The notes beneath the pieces were generated by a model that had not been told where the DNA came from, ran no database searches, and saw only the letters and a program-made list of their open reading frames with translations. Both the position numbers and the translations under genes were made by a program. From the human T2T-CHM13v2.0 reference genome, Homo sapiens, in assembly GCF_009914755.1 (NCBI RefSeq), contig NC_060935.1: a stretch of DNA of 64,000 bases, one strand, 5' to 3'. Every line of letters starts with the position of its first letter. The first letter of the stretch is position 1. Below are positions 37,255-50,642 of the stretch, piece after piece.

Positions 37255-39279
37255 CACATAAAAGAAGAAATATATCCTTAGATTTAACCATTGTGCTATT
37301 CTTCCTTATCCAGGAGTCCTTACAGACTCCCAGAGCCCAGTCCCAAGAGTTCTCCACATCCAGCTCCCAGTAGTGTTTGCCAGAGGAGAAGACCCAGTCT
37401 CCCCATGCAGCAAAATAGTCAGATCTGTCAGAACGCAAAGATTCACGTCTCAACATCAAACTTCTCGCATCCTCAAACAGCCTGATATTGTAATTGGTTA
37501 CTTCCCAAGTGAAGGAAATTTCCACTGTAGAAAAAAGAGAATGATCCATTGAAAAGCAGTTTATAAATTCTTATGTTCAGATAAGAAAGAGATTCTCACT
37601 AGAAAACACAGGTCAAGATTAGAAAGAAACTTCTGTCTGGAAAAATGTTGGAATCAAAGGGTGTTAGGATATCTGCACAAGTAAATGGCTCAACTTCAAT
37701 GATCACAATTTCCATAAACTCAAAAATTATAAAGGGGAGGAAGGTCATGTCTATGTCTAGTTAGTGACCTTTCATAACAACTGAAAAACTGGAACCTCTT
37801 GCACTGCAGCCAAGTCCACAGCAATAAAATTAACCTTCATTGTCTCTTCTCTGTCAGGGCAGAGCAGGAGGCTGCGGACAGGAGATGAGGTGGGGAGCCA
37901 TCCTTAGACCCAAATAAAAAAGTTATCACTTTGCCAGAAATATTATAATCTGCCACTTAAACTAGTCATTTCATACTTAAAGAGAAAATCTGAATCTGCC
38001 TTCTGAAAAGTGCAGCTTCCTTGCAAGAATTATCTGACTTTCATGCCAGATTCAGGCACAGACTTCTTTTATCTGCTGGATTTATCATGATCTATCCTGG
38101 AGTTCTATCTAAGGCCTCATCAACCACCAAATCACGTTCCTATTTTTCACAGATTCTCAGTGTTTGCATTGTTATATAAGTTACTCGTGTATGCTTTAGT
38201 TGATTAAAATGCACATGATTAAAATTATAAATGCTGTGAAACTTCACCTGAAATGTATTTAAAAAAACACTGTCACTCAAATCAGTCATTAACTGCACTG
38301 AATTTGAAATTGAAATGTCCTGGATTAATTCAGTTCTGTATACTTCATGTAATAATTGTATACATGAAATTGTATCACGGTTGAAGCATACATGAATGGT
38401 TCTACATCCTAAAGAGCCCTTCTGCATGTTTTACTTTTCTAATACATTTGCTATATGGCTGATTCCACCATCTTTTATTTAGTTTTGTCTGTTTGATGAT
38501 AGTGAAACTATAAATATAAATACCTATTCACAGACTATTCTCTTCTTCTAGATGAAAGATCGTTACACTGGGAAGGCTGCCCATAGAAAACCATAATTGA
38601 AGGCATTGCATGTTGATCCCACCAAGAGGGCCACACTCACCTTGGAAGTGGTTGAGCCTGTCCACCGGTCCTGTGATGCGCCCTGTAGTGAGCTCTGGAT
38701 TCACAGGCTGGGGCATGTGCAGCAGCACGGACTCACTCCTGCAAGGAAGTAGGTTGAGTTGGTTAAGTTTCTGATGTCTGTGTTTAAGAAATAGATTCCA
38801 ACAGAAAATGTTTCATTCAAACCCACTTCTGATATTGTAATGTACCTCCACAATCCTAGGATGGGTTTGTGGCTCTTAGGGAATCTTTCTAACTATTCAC
38901 TCCGTTTCTAACCTACTGCCACTGAAAGATAAATGCCTCTCTCCCTATCTGCCACCAAATAGTTGATCTCTAATTATGATTCTGAATCCTAAAAAGAGGC
39001 AATTGTATTCTAGCAACTTCTGCATTGAACTCTTCAAAACATAACCCCCTGAGTCACTTGGAAAAGTAAGAAAAGGTTAATGTCTGATAAAAGGCATAGG
39101 TAACATTCAACATAAAACACAAACACATGAGTACACACACAATCACACTGACACATTATGGTGTTAGTAACTTATGTTTTCACTTTGTTGGAAGCAGCTT
39201 GATGTTTTTCATAGCATGCCTTGTGCTCCAGCTTGCACTGATGGCCGATAACATACCTTGCCACCATGTCTCCCAAATC
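37255..39279 (-). pseudogene. TRIM43-like gene remnant (23-nt exon, 98-nt exon, 5' half of SPRY exon)
   Basis: Exons 39257-39279 (DLGDMVAR), 38641-38738 ([17 protein letters not shown]...RLNHFQ) and from 37524 down ([19 protein letters not shown]...[11 protein letters not shown]...KHYWELDV...[10 protein letters not shown]...DIFLLLC), with GT-AG sites. RING/B-box exons absent. Confidence 0.85.
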
Positions 39280-39326
39280 CTGTAGCGAGAGAGAGAGAAA
39301 AAATTGACTTCTTTAGAAAGTTGTTA

Positions 39327-39449
<123 letters not shown>

Positions 39450-41219
39450 TTAAGAAAACATAATAAAATACATTACTGAAGGAAAGAACCCCATGTATAT
39501 AGAGGGCCAACTTTTTATTTTTAAAGATGGTAAACTTTATTTTGCCAAACTATTTTTTTCAAACTTATCTTTTTAAATATTAGTATTGCATACAGAAAAT
39601 GATTTTGTTAAAAATATCACAAAGTAGGAAGGACGTAAATCCAGAAAAAAGGCTTTTAAGTGAGTAAATTTATTTCTATGGAACAAACCTCAACAATTAT
39701 TTTTCCTTTAGCTTTGATATGTTAGAACTTTTTTCACAGAATGATACTCATTACATGAGCTTGACTCTGAGCACCTCAGATGTGGCCAATAAAGAACTAA
39801 TGAAAAATGTAAAGTAAGAAAATTATTAATGTTTTTCCAGAAAACAAAACAAAATAAAGCAAAACTGTTACATCCCACTGGGACTCTTAGCCATGTTTTT
39901 CAGAAATATTTTGTTTTCTATTATTGCCTACTTCATTGTCTTAACAATATGAAGACCAGGATGTCAAAGGGCATTAAGCATGTGGTGAGTTATATTATGG
40001 CCAGTTAACCCAAGGGAGGTCAGATGTGGCTTCAGATTCCACGTAGGCAGCTACCTTTCCTCACCGAGGCAGAGCAAGGTAATCCAGAAAGTCTTTTCAG
40101 ACTCTGAGAATGCTGTACTTACATTATGAGGAAAATCACTTGAAAAGATGAAATATTAAATAATTTCTACTAAAATCTGGATTATTATTCTGATAAATCA
40201 ATTTGATTTGTTTAGTGGTTTTTTCCACATTCAGCTTGTTAATTCCACAGAAGAGGGGTCCTGCTTTTCATGTATACGTGTCTTTTCTGCAGGACTTGAG
40301 TGTGCACAAATTTTGATATCTATCAGTGTCCTGGAACCAGTCCCCAGAGCTGACTGATTAAGTTCAGTTTTGTTCTGAAATTTTTGTTTTGTGTATAGAA
40401 ATACATTTTCATGAAGTTATAACTATATTCATTTTATTTCTCATTCCAGTATTATTGAGAATCATGAATAATCAACCAATGTTTCTGTAATGAGCATTTA
40501 TTGATCCTTAGGGTTACCAGATAGATGTTTTTATAGGTAGGAAAAGAAAAAATGATTCCCTGTTATAATATCACTTTTTCCTTTTTTTTTTTTTTTGTAC
40601 TGTGGAAAAATATCATAGTTGATTTCTTGCAAGCCAATAGAAAATTTCAAGATATATGTAGTAAATGATAAATGTAATATTCTCTCATACGATGTAATAT
40701 AATTTTTGCATATCTTTATTTTCAGTATCTTTTTGTTTCTTATTTTAAAATAATGTTTATTTTAGAAACTGTAAAGATCAAGAAAGCCATGGCAGAAAAT
40801 AAACATCTGCCTAATTCCATCAGAAAAATATAAAATCATGGTTATATTCTTGTGTGTGTAATTCTAGCCCCTTTCCTATTTTAAATGTATTTTTGTTTAC
40901 ATATACACAAAACCCAGTAAATCTCTCTATATGTAAGGTATATAATAAACACATACTTATTTGTTCTTTTTCATATTTTTGATATTTAGAGGTTTTTTAA
41001 TTCCTAAATCTTGACTATTGCCAAACATTGACTATCCCCAGGTTGATCTTATATGTATTGAAAGGGGTTAGGTCATTGGACAGCCAGAAATGGCTCCATC
41101 TTTCTGTCCAGCGATTATCAAATTGTCTGGCTTGGGAGTAAGAGCATGTTTTAAACAGCTCGATTTGTTGGCCAATGGCAGCATATTTTTAACTTACCCA
41201 TCGCCCCAGCTTATTTTGT

Positions 41220-41515
41220 TGTTGTTCTTAAGAGACGGGTTCTCACACTGTCTCCCAAGCTGGAGTTCAGTGTGCAGTCTTAGCTCACTGCAGCCTCAAA
41301 CTCCTGGGCTTGATCAATCTTTCCACCTCAGCCTCTGAAATAGCTAGGACTACAGTTACGTGCCACAATGCCCAGCTCATATTTGTACTTTTATTTGTTG
41401 AGACAGGGTGTAACCTATGTTGCCTAGGATGGTCTCAAACTCCTGGCCTCAAGCAATTCTCCCACTTAAGCCTCCCAAATTTATGGAATTACAGTAATGA
41501 GCCACCGCTCCTGGC
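41220..41515 (-). mobile_element. AluJ
   Basis: Diverged antisense Alu. Confidence 0.9.
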
Positions 41516-42067
41516 CTTATTTATCACTTCAGAGTTTGTCCTTCCTTTCTAGGTCTATGACATGAAATGTCTTTGCCCGTTCTGTAAAACATTCATCTGT
41601 CGTGGTCATATGAAGCATTACAAAATTGTTTTTGATATTTCTTCATGTTTTATGTTAAGTACTCCAACATGGTAGTGTGGCTTTTTTAAAAAGGACAAAA
41701 AAAAAAAAAAAACACAACAGATGGTTGACTAATCACAAACAGGACTTTAACGATCACAGTAGTGCTATCATTTATTATGATATATTAAAAAATCAGCACT
41801 TACTTGTAATGTGCCTTGAGACAAATCATTTAGCAACTTGATTTCTCAGACCTCAGTTTCCTCCTCTGGGAAATACTAATATCAATTGCGTGTAGTCTAT
41901 CTTGAAGAATTAGAAAAATTGTAAGTAAATACTTTATTACCAAGCATGATTGCTGTGGTTACTTAATCGTTGTTACTGTTGTAGCATCGAACCACTTACC
42001 TCTTAGGTTATTTGTTCGAAGTCAAATATTATTAATTAATACATATTTCATAAACTAGTCTTTTCCA

Positions 42068-42377
42068 TTTTATTTATTTATTTATTTTTTAAAGGATGGA
42101 GCCTTGCTTTGTATCCCAGCCTGGATTGCAGGGCGTGGCACGATCTCAGCTCACTGTGACCTCTGCCTGCCGGGTTCAAGCAATTCTCCTGCCTCAGCCT
42201 CCTGAGCACCTGGGACAACAGACACGTGCCACCATGCCCGGCTAATTTTTTGTATTTTTAGTAGAGACGGGGTTTAACCATGCTTTCCAGGCTAGTCTCG
42301 AACTCCTAACCTCGTGATCCGCCAACCTTGGCCTCCCAAAATGCTGGGGTTACAGGCTTGAGCCACTGCGCCTGGCC
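42068..42377 (-). mobile_element. AluS
   Basis: Antisense Alu with (TTTA)n tail. Confidence 0.92.
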
Positions 42378-43602
42378 ATACTAGTCTTTAGAGTTGATTG
42401 AATGTGGAAGTTTAGTTGACAAGTGGCTGGTTCAAATTGTTAAATTAGAAATATTCAATGTTAGAATTGTAGAGTGCCCTTGTGTTTCTCTTCCATATCA
42501 TTTGGGCAACTAGTAAACAGTATACTGTTTTATCAACAGGTATGTCATTTATGCTCCAAGCAGCCACAGCAAGTATTCAGGGGAGTCATTTCCAGGAGTT
42601 TCTAACGCTCTGTTTGATATTGAAAGGAAAGTGGACCCATGCGAGGCTAAGGGAGAAGTGAAGAGAAAGCTTTGTTGCAACCTTCACTGTGCAGGCAGCT
42701 TCAGAGGCTTTGAAACAAGAAGCCTAAGAGGATTCCTTAGAGAACCTATATTGAATTTGTGTGGTATGTCACTCAGAAAGAGTCATGATGGGTATATTGA
42801 TGTATTTTAAAATTAGTATATTAGAAATAAAGATGGATAGTATATACAGTTATGTGAGTGTTCATATATTTGTCTGTGTATATATTTTTTCTTTTATTTT
42901 CTCGTTGTGGATTAAAAATAAAAAATCAAAATTTATAATTATACAAGGTTATTCTGAAGTGGAAGAATCAAAGTCAGTATTAAATCCAAGGGGAATGGAC
43001 AAATATCGTAAAACTCTCATCTGGCATTTTCGGGGAATCAAGTCTAATGTGTTCATGTCGCTTCACACATGGGAAATCATCAGTTTGTCATAGAGCACAC
43101 TGCAGAATATGCGCAACTGCTCCAAGCCAGAGGTCTCACGCCCTGCCTGGCCTTCCAAGGCTGAGAGGATCACTATCTCAGCGCACTAGTTGGGACACTG
43201 ATTAAATTACACTTTTAGTATATGTAATCACTCTATAGTATAAGAAATCATTATTTTTTATTAAAATATTTTATTTATGTAAAAGACTATAATATAACAC
43301 ACAAGTATAGAGAAAAATAGTAATGAAATGAACATTTGTGAACCTACTAGCCATGTTAAGAAAATAACATTTCCAATATCATTGGGTTCCCCATGCACTA
43401 ATGACAGTTGTGCTTTTTCACTTTCTTGAATTTTGTGTTTATCTTTATTTCCTCTGTTACTCTTTATAATTTTATCACACATGGCTATATTATTTACATG
43501 TTTTATGGTTTGGCTTTAGGTAGTTTTGAACTTTTTTAAGTAAAATCATACCATGTGTAGTTTTATGGTACTTGATTTTTTTCCACTGGTCCTTAAGTGT
43601 TC

Positions 43603-43643
43603 AGATAGATAGATAGGTAAGTAGATAGATAGATAGATGGATA
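43603..43643 (+). repeat. (TAGA)n tetranucleotide repeat
   Basis: GATAGATAGATAGGTAAGTAGATAGATAGATAGATGGATAG. Confidence 0.85.
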
Positions 43644-44894
43644 GCATTTATTCAAATGAAAGGAAGATTCAGGGTCCGTCAAGACAGAGAAAACATATAA
43701 TAATGTGAATAGGGAAAGTTAATATAAAGAATGATTAATTATAACAACATTTGAGCAAGGAAATATTGTCTAGTAGAATGTAAGGAGAAGTCTAAATAAT
43801 ACGTGATGAGCACATAAAAGGAATTGCCATTGTTTCCAGGGTGAAGTTGGAGTCGCCAGTGAAGAGTCCCCTCACCCCTTGGCCTCACTAAATGTTAAGA
43901 AGTTGTTGTGCTGTTGCGCTTGAAAAACTTGCTTTAAATCCACACTTTAGAGCTCCCCAGAAACTTGGCTTCTGGGCCACTTGTAAAGCTGTTTACGAAG
44001 AAATGTCACGCCAGACAGGCTCCACTGCAAATTTGGCAAAGGGCAGTGATCAGGAGAAGCTCGTGGCTGCTGAGTTCTCCTGGCCACCATGAACTTCAGG
44101 AAGTGGGTGCTATAGCAGCTGCCTGAACTACACAATCTGGGCTTTGGTGTATCCCTGTATGCCCTCCGGGCCAGACACTGGAGGTGTCATTTCCAAAGCA
44201 AATTGGAAGCGCTTTTTTGGAATTTCTCTCCAATGCTTTCTACTCACAAAGACTGACATCTTAACACGTGGCAAAGAAAAAAATATTTAAAGGGTCCAGA
44301 TCTATTTATGTAAACAATCAAGAGTGAGTTTGTAGTGGAAAACCCAAAGTTGGATAAATGGTGCATAATAAAATATATTTGTTCATTTTCTGCTGTTGTA
44401 CATTTGGAATGATTTTTGTATTTTGATTTTGTGAACATGTCTCCTAATGTAAATAGCCAATAGATTCTCTTTTCGGACAGTATCTTCTGACAGCTGGAAT
44501 GTCTGGGTTATAAAATTTGTGATCGTCAATTCTACTGGGCACTGCCACAGTGCTTCAAAGTAATTTTATTTATTTATATTTCCACTGACAAGGTAATCAT
44601 GTTATACAAAATGGTAGAAGTATGGATGATTGTGGCAAGTTAAAGAAATACAAGGAACTCACCCTTACTAGAAACCAAGGCATTTGTGGGAAGAACAATT
44701 CATACATTGAGCATCAAATACATCAAGTACGTTTTGGAAGACATCGAGAGGAGTGTAACTACTTTCTTGTAGTTTATCAAAATCCCATAATAAGGTAAAG
44801 CAGGTAGGGATATAGGCACATTTCCATTTCAGAAAGCATTCTGGTCTAGATAGAATAGAAGGATATCAACCCAGGAAGAGAACAGAACTAATAT

Positions 44895-45187
44895 TTTGTG
44901 TGTGTGTGTGTGAGACAGGGTCTCACTCTGTCACCCAGACTAGAGTCAGTGGCACAATCCCTGCTCAATGCAAACTCTGCCTCCTGGGCTGAGGCAATCG
45001 TCCAGCCTAAGACTTAGCTGAGATTACAGGTGTGCACCCTCATGCCTGTCTAATTTTTGTATTTTTTGTGGAGATGGAGTTTCACCATGTTGCCTAGCCT
45101 GGTGTCGAACTTCTCAGCTTGACCGGTCAAGCCACCTAGGCCTCCCAAAGTGCTGGGATTACAGGCATGAGCCACCATGCCAGGCCC
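44895..45187 (-). mobile_element. AluJ with (TG)n tail
   Basis: Antisense Alu consensus. Confidence 0.9.
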
Positions 45188-45844
45188 CAAAATCTTTTCT
45201 CATGACAACTGCTGTCACTTAGACTTTACTATCAGAAAAGATAAGACTACCCGCATCCTTTGGGTTTCAGCTTAGGTGTCATTTCTCTTAGGAAGACTTT
45301 TAGGATGACTGTCCCTTCCTTTGTATCAACTGCTAGACCATGAGCTCCTTAAGGACTTAGTCTTGGTTTTTTTTACACTTTTTTTAAACATTTTACTTTA
45401 ATTTTTGGGATACATGTGCAGAACGTGCAGGTTTGTTACAATTTTGGCTCCAATCTCTACCAGTAAGGAGAGTCCATAGCAGACACTTGTTTTGTGAGTG
45501 ATCAGAGTAGCGCACATAAGAGACCCTCTGAGACATTCTGTGCTTTGAAAAGAAGAGCTGCGCTGCACACTAGGATTTCCACAATGCCTTTGTTATGGGG
45601 TTTGGCTGAGCATGCTCACAGGCTTTTTGTGATGTCATTGATAGAGAGTTGGACAGTATGGTAGATGTAGGACAGTGTACATATTACTATTCAAAAAAGT
45701 GGACCAAAACCTGCACAATACTTGAAAGCTTTGTCAACGTTCAATCAATTCGGCCAGCATGCAAGAAGCATCCCCCCAAAATATTGTATGTAATTTGGTG
45801 GCTTAGGAACATACTTTGGCAACATATTTAACGTCACTGAAAGG

Positions 45845-46075
45845 AAGACAGTTTTCAGAGACAGACTGCCTGGTTTCAAACCCTAGTTCTCCTACTTAAT
45901 TAGAGTATGCCTATGGGCAAATTATTAAAGCTTCCTGTTCTTACGTTTCTTAATCTTTAAATGAGTATAAAATATTATTTATCTTATGGGGTTGCTGTAA
46001 CAATTAAGTAAGCTAGAACATGTGAAGCACTTAGAACAGTTTTTAGCATAGAATTGGTAATCAATAAATGTCTGA
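45845..46075 (+). mobile_element. MIR
   Basis: CAGACTGCCTGGTTTCAAACCCTAGTTC...GGGCAAATTATTAA...AAGCACTTAGAACAG...TCAATAAATG. Confidence 0.75.
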
Positions 46076-46854
46076 TATTTTCACTTGAATGACAGAGTAT
46101 TTTTTAGTTAGGTAAGGAAATACTACTTTTTCTCTCTTACCTATCCTGCATGATAACACAGTTGTAGTAAAATAGATAATAACTTTTTCAGCTTCCAGCA
46201 CTAAAATTTGCAACTATTTTTTATTCTTTTATATGCATCTCATAAGTTGCTTATTGTTTGTTTCTGTCTAATACGGGGCAGTCTACAAAATGTAGAATTG
46301 AATTTTTACTGAGAAGTGAGAATACCAGAAAGTCTTTCTTCTCTACACTTAGTAGATAATATGCAACATTTTAAGAAGTGTTTGAATCTGTTTTCAAAGA
46401 ATAACGTTTGTGGAAAAGTCTGCATATATATATATATCTATGATTACCTTTTCTTATCTTTATTGGATATATTTTTTGAAGCATAATGCTGATCAAATGA
46501 CACTTCAGAAAACATACTAATTTGCAATGCCATGGACTGATTAAAAAGACAGCCACTTCATCTTTTTCTAGGATATGCTGGCTTTTATGAATTTTATAAT
46601 TTTTTAAATGTCTATTAATCTGCAAATGGTGACTTTATATAGATTTTTACTTTTTCAACTTCTAGCAAGGTTTGTTAATTTTAAGTTTACAGAAATGACC
46701 TAACTCCCCAAACATTAGATAATTTATGAATACAACTATGTATAAACATTGGTGATTTATTAAATCATGGTAAACGACAACAAAATCGGTTAGTATGGCA
46801 ACCATGTTAAAAATAACTTTCAGGCACCATTAAAGATAATTATGCACATAATTA

Positions 46855-47202
<348 letters not shown>

Positions 47203-47539
47203 TTAAAAATATGAATACGTAACATTGTTATAGATAGTTATGTACATATATATGTAAAGTTTCAGTTTTAAAATTATTGAAAAGGGTGGATAAATAAAAA
47301 ACAGATTTTATTTTCATATAAATCCATCATTAGGAAATAGTCATAAAATAGTAAAAATAAGTTAAACAGGCCGATACAGCTAATTATATCAACCATTATA
47401 TATACAATTTTGTGAAACACAATTGAGTTCCTTGTTATACTTTTTTAAACAAGAGAGTGACACAGCACAGATATGTTGGTAATCCCAGTTAATGTTTTAT
47501 CTTTGAACATATTCAGACAAATAACGGCTAGGCACTTAA

Positions 47540-47986
<447 letters not shown>

Positions 47987-48059
47987 TCAACTTTCTTGCA
48001 TCTCATTCCAAACTTGTCTGTTGAGCTTTGAGCCCTCAAGTCTGGTTTTCAATACTTTA

Positions 48060-48288
48060 TAAACCTAATCAGCCAATTTACCCCTTTCTACGCAATCTAA
48101 TCAACCTCAGGAAGTGGGTGTGGTCTTTCGTGGGCCCATACACTTTAAAAGGATGCTTGTCCAGAGATTTCTCTCTCCTTCAGTGAGGACCCACTGGATT
48201 TGTGGCTGCTGGGCTTTGAAGAGCCAGGAGTGACTTCTAATCTGGATATCTACAGAGTTTCTAGACTGAGACCATTCATAGTAGCCTT
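48060..48288 (+). promoter_or_regulatory. Probable TRIM64-type promoter and non-coding exon 1
   Basis: TAAACCTAATCA 48060-48071, CAATCTAATCA 48093-48103, GGGTGTGG 48116-48123, TTTAAAAGGA 48144, donor GTGAGT 48289; collinear with the TRIM49D promoter. Confidence 0.7.
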
Positions 48289-48739
48289 GTGAGTATACAG
48301 TGTGCAGCAAAACCATCATGCTCACTTTTACTCTTAAACATGCTTTAAATTTACCTGGCAGCATGCTTGGGTCTTTTCTAAGCAAACAAATGACTGTCTT
48401 AGTGATTTTACAGAAAATCAATATAAAGTATCTTCAATTTGTAAGATATGGTTTGTGTTCCCTTGCTATTTGACTATGTGACTGTTTTCTGTATTGTTAG
48501 ATTTTTCTTAAGTGTGAAAAGATATATTTCCATAGTTTCATGCAATGATAGAACCCATAAAATACCTAAAATGTTCACCAGAATGTGGGCATGTAGTAGT
48601 GGTTATAACGTAAGCCAAAGCGAACGTTAAAAATGTTGAATTACTTTGAAAATTCTTGTTGCAAAGGTCTTATTTGCTGTCTCTTCAAAATTTGCAATTT
48701 GCAGACTAGATCTGAAAGCTGTTGAAAATAGATTTAATC

Positions 48740-49168
<429 letters not shown>

Positions 49169-49814
49169 TTAACTGCATTTCTGGATTTTCTAGTGTAGAG
49201 TGGAAAACCTAATACATATCTTCACTTTTTTTTTGTTATTTTAGAAGATAATTAGTTGTTGATTAATTCTTGTTAATTATAGTTGAAATATTGGCTATTT
49301 CAGAATGTGAAAGTGTTCTCTCTAATCATCAGAATTGACAATGGGAAAAAACTTTCCTAATTAAAAATAATAGATATTATTTACATTTAATGTATTGAAA
49401 GGAAGAGTTTTGATATTAAAGTTAAAAGGACAAATTTAATGGTTGATAATTTTAGGAGTTGACAGTCCACTGTGATTACTCAATCTTAGATAAAAGCTAC
49501 TTTATTTATAATTGTCTGAGCAAACTTCATAGGTGAGTTTGGAGGCAGGGAGTATAGAATAATACCATAGATACTAAGTGTCTTTCATATATTATCATCA
49601 TGGAATTATTGAGAGAGATAGAATGACAGAAACAGGATGACATTCAGAATGTGCTTCTTCGTTAATTAGCTTACATAAGTGACTCAGAAATCATCCCAGC
49701 TTTTACCCTCCACCCAGGCTTTAAGCTTGTCTAGGTAACTGGGAATGACTGAGAGCACGGCTTGTTTAACAAAAATGCCATGAGGACTGTTGTCTCATTT
49801 TCTCATTTGCATCA

Positions 49815-50458
<644 letters not shown>

Positions 50459-50642
50459 TATAAATCCAGCATGTATGAATTTACTATGTCTCAGTTTGTG
50501 CTGGAGCTAACTTATTAGACATGCTGGACAGAGCTCAAGTAGACAAGGAAAATTGTCCACCGGCCTTTTTTTCCTTTTCATCGGGGTAAATAAAAATAAG
50601 AGAAAGAAGTTCTCACTTTTTTTTTTTTTAATTTCCAGAAAC

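Noticed and set aside
44051-44082. Short hairpin CAGGAGAAGCTC...GAGTTCTCCTG as a possible miRNA
   Set aside because: Stem of about 11 bp is too short for a pre-miRNA and expected by chance.
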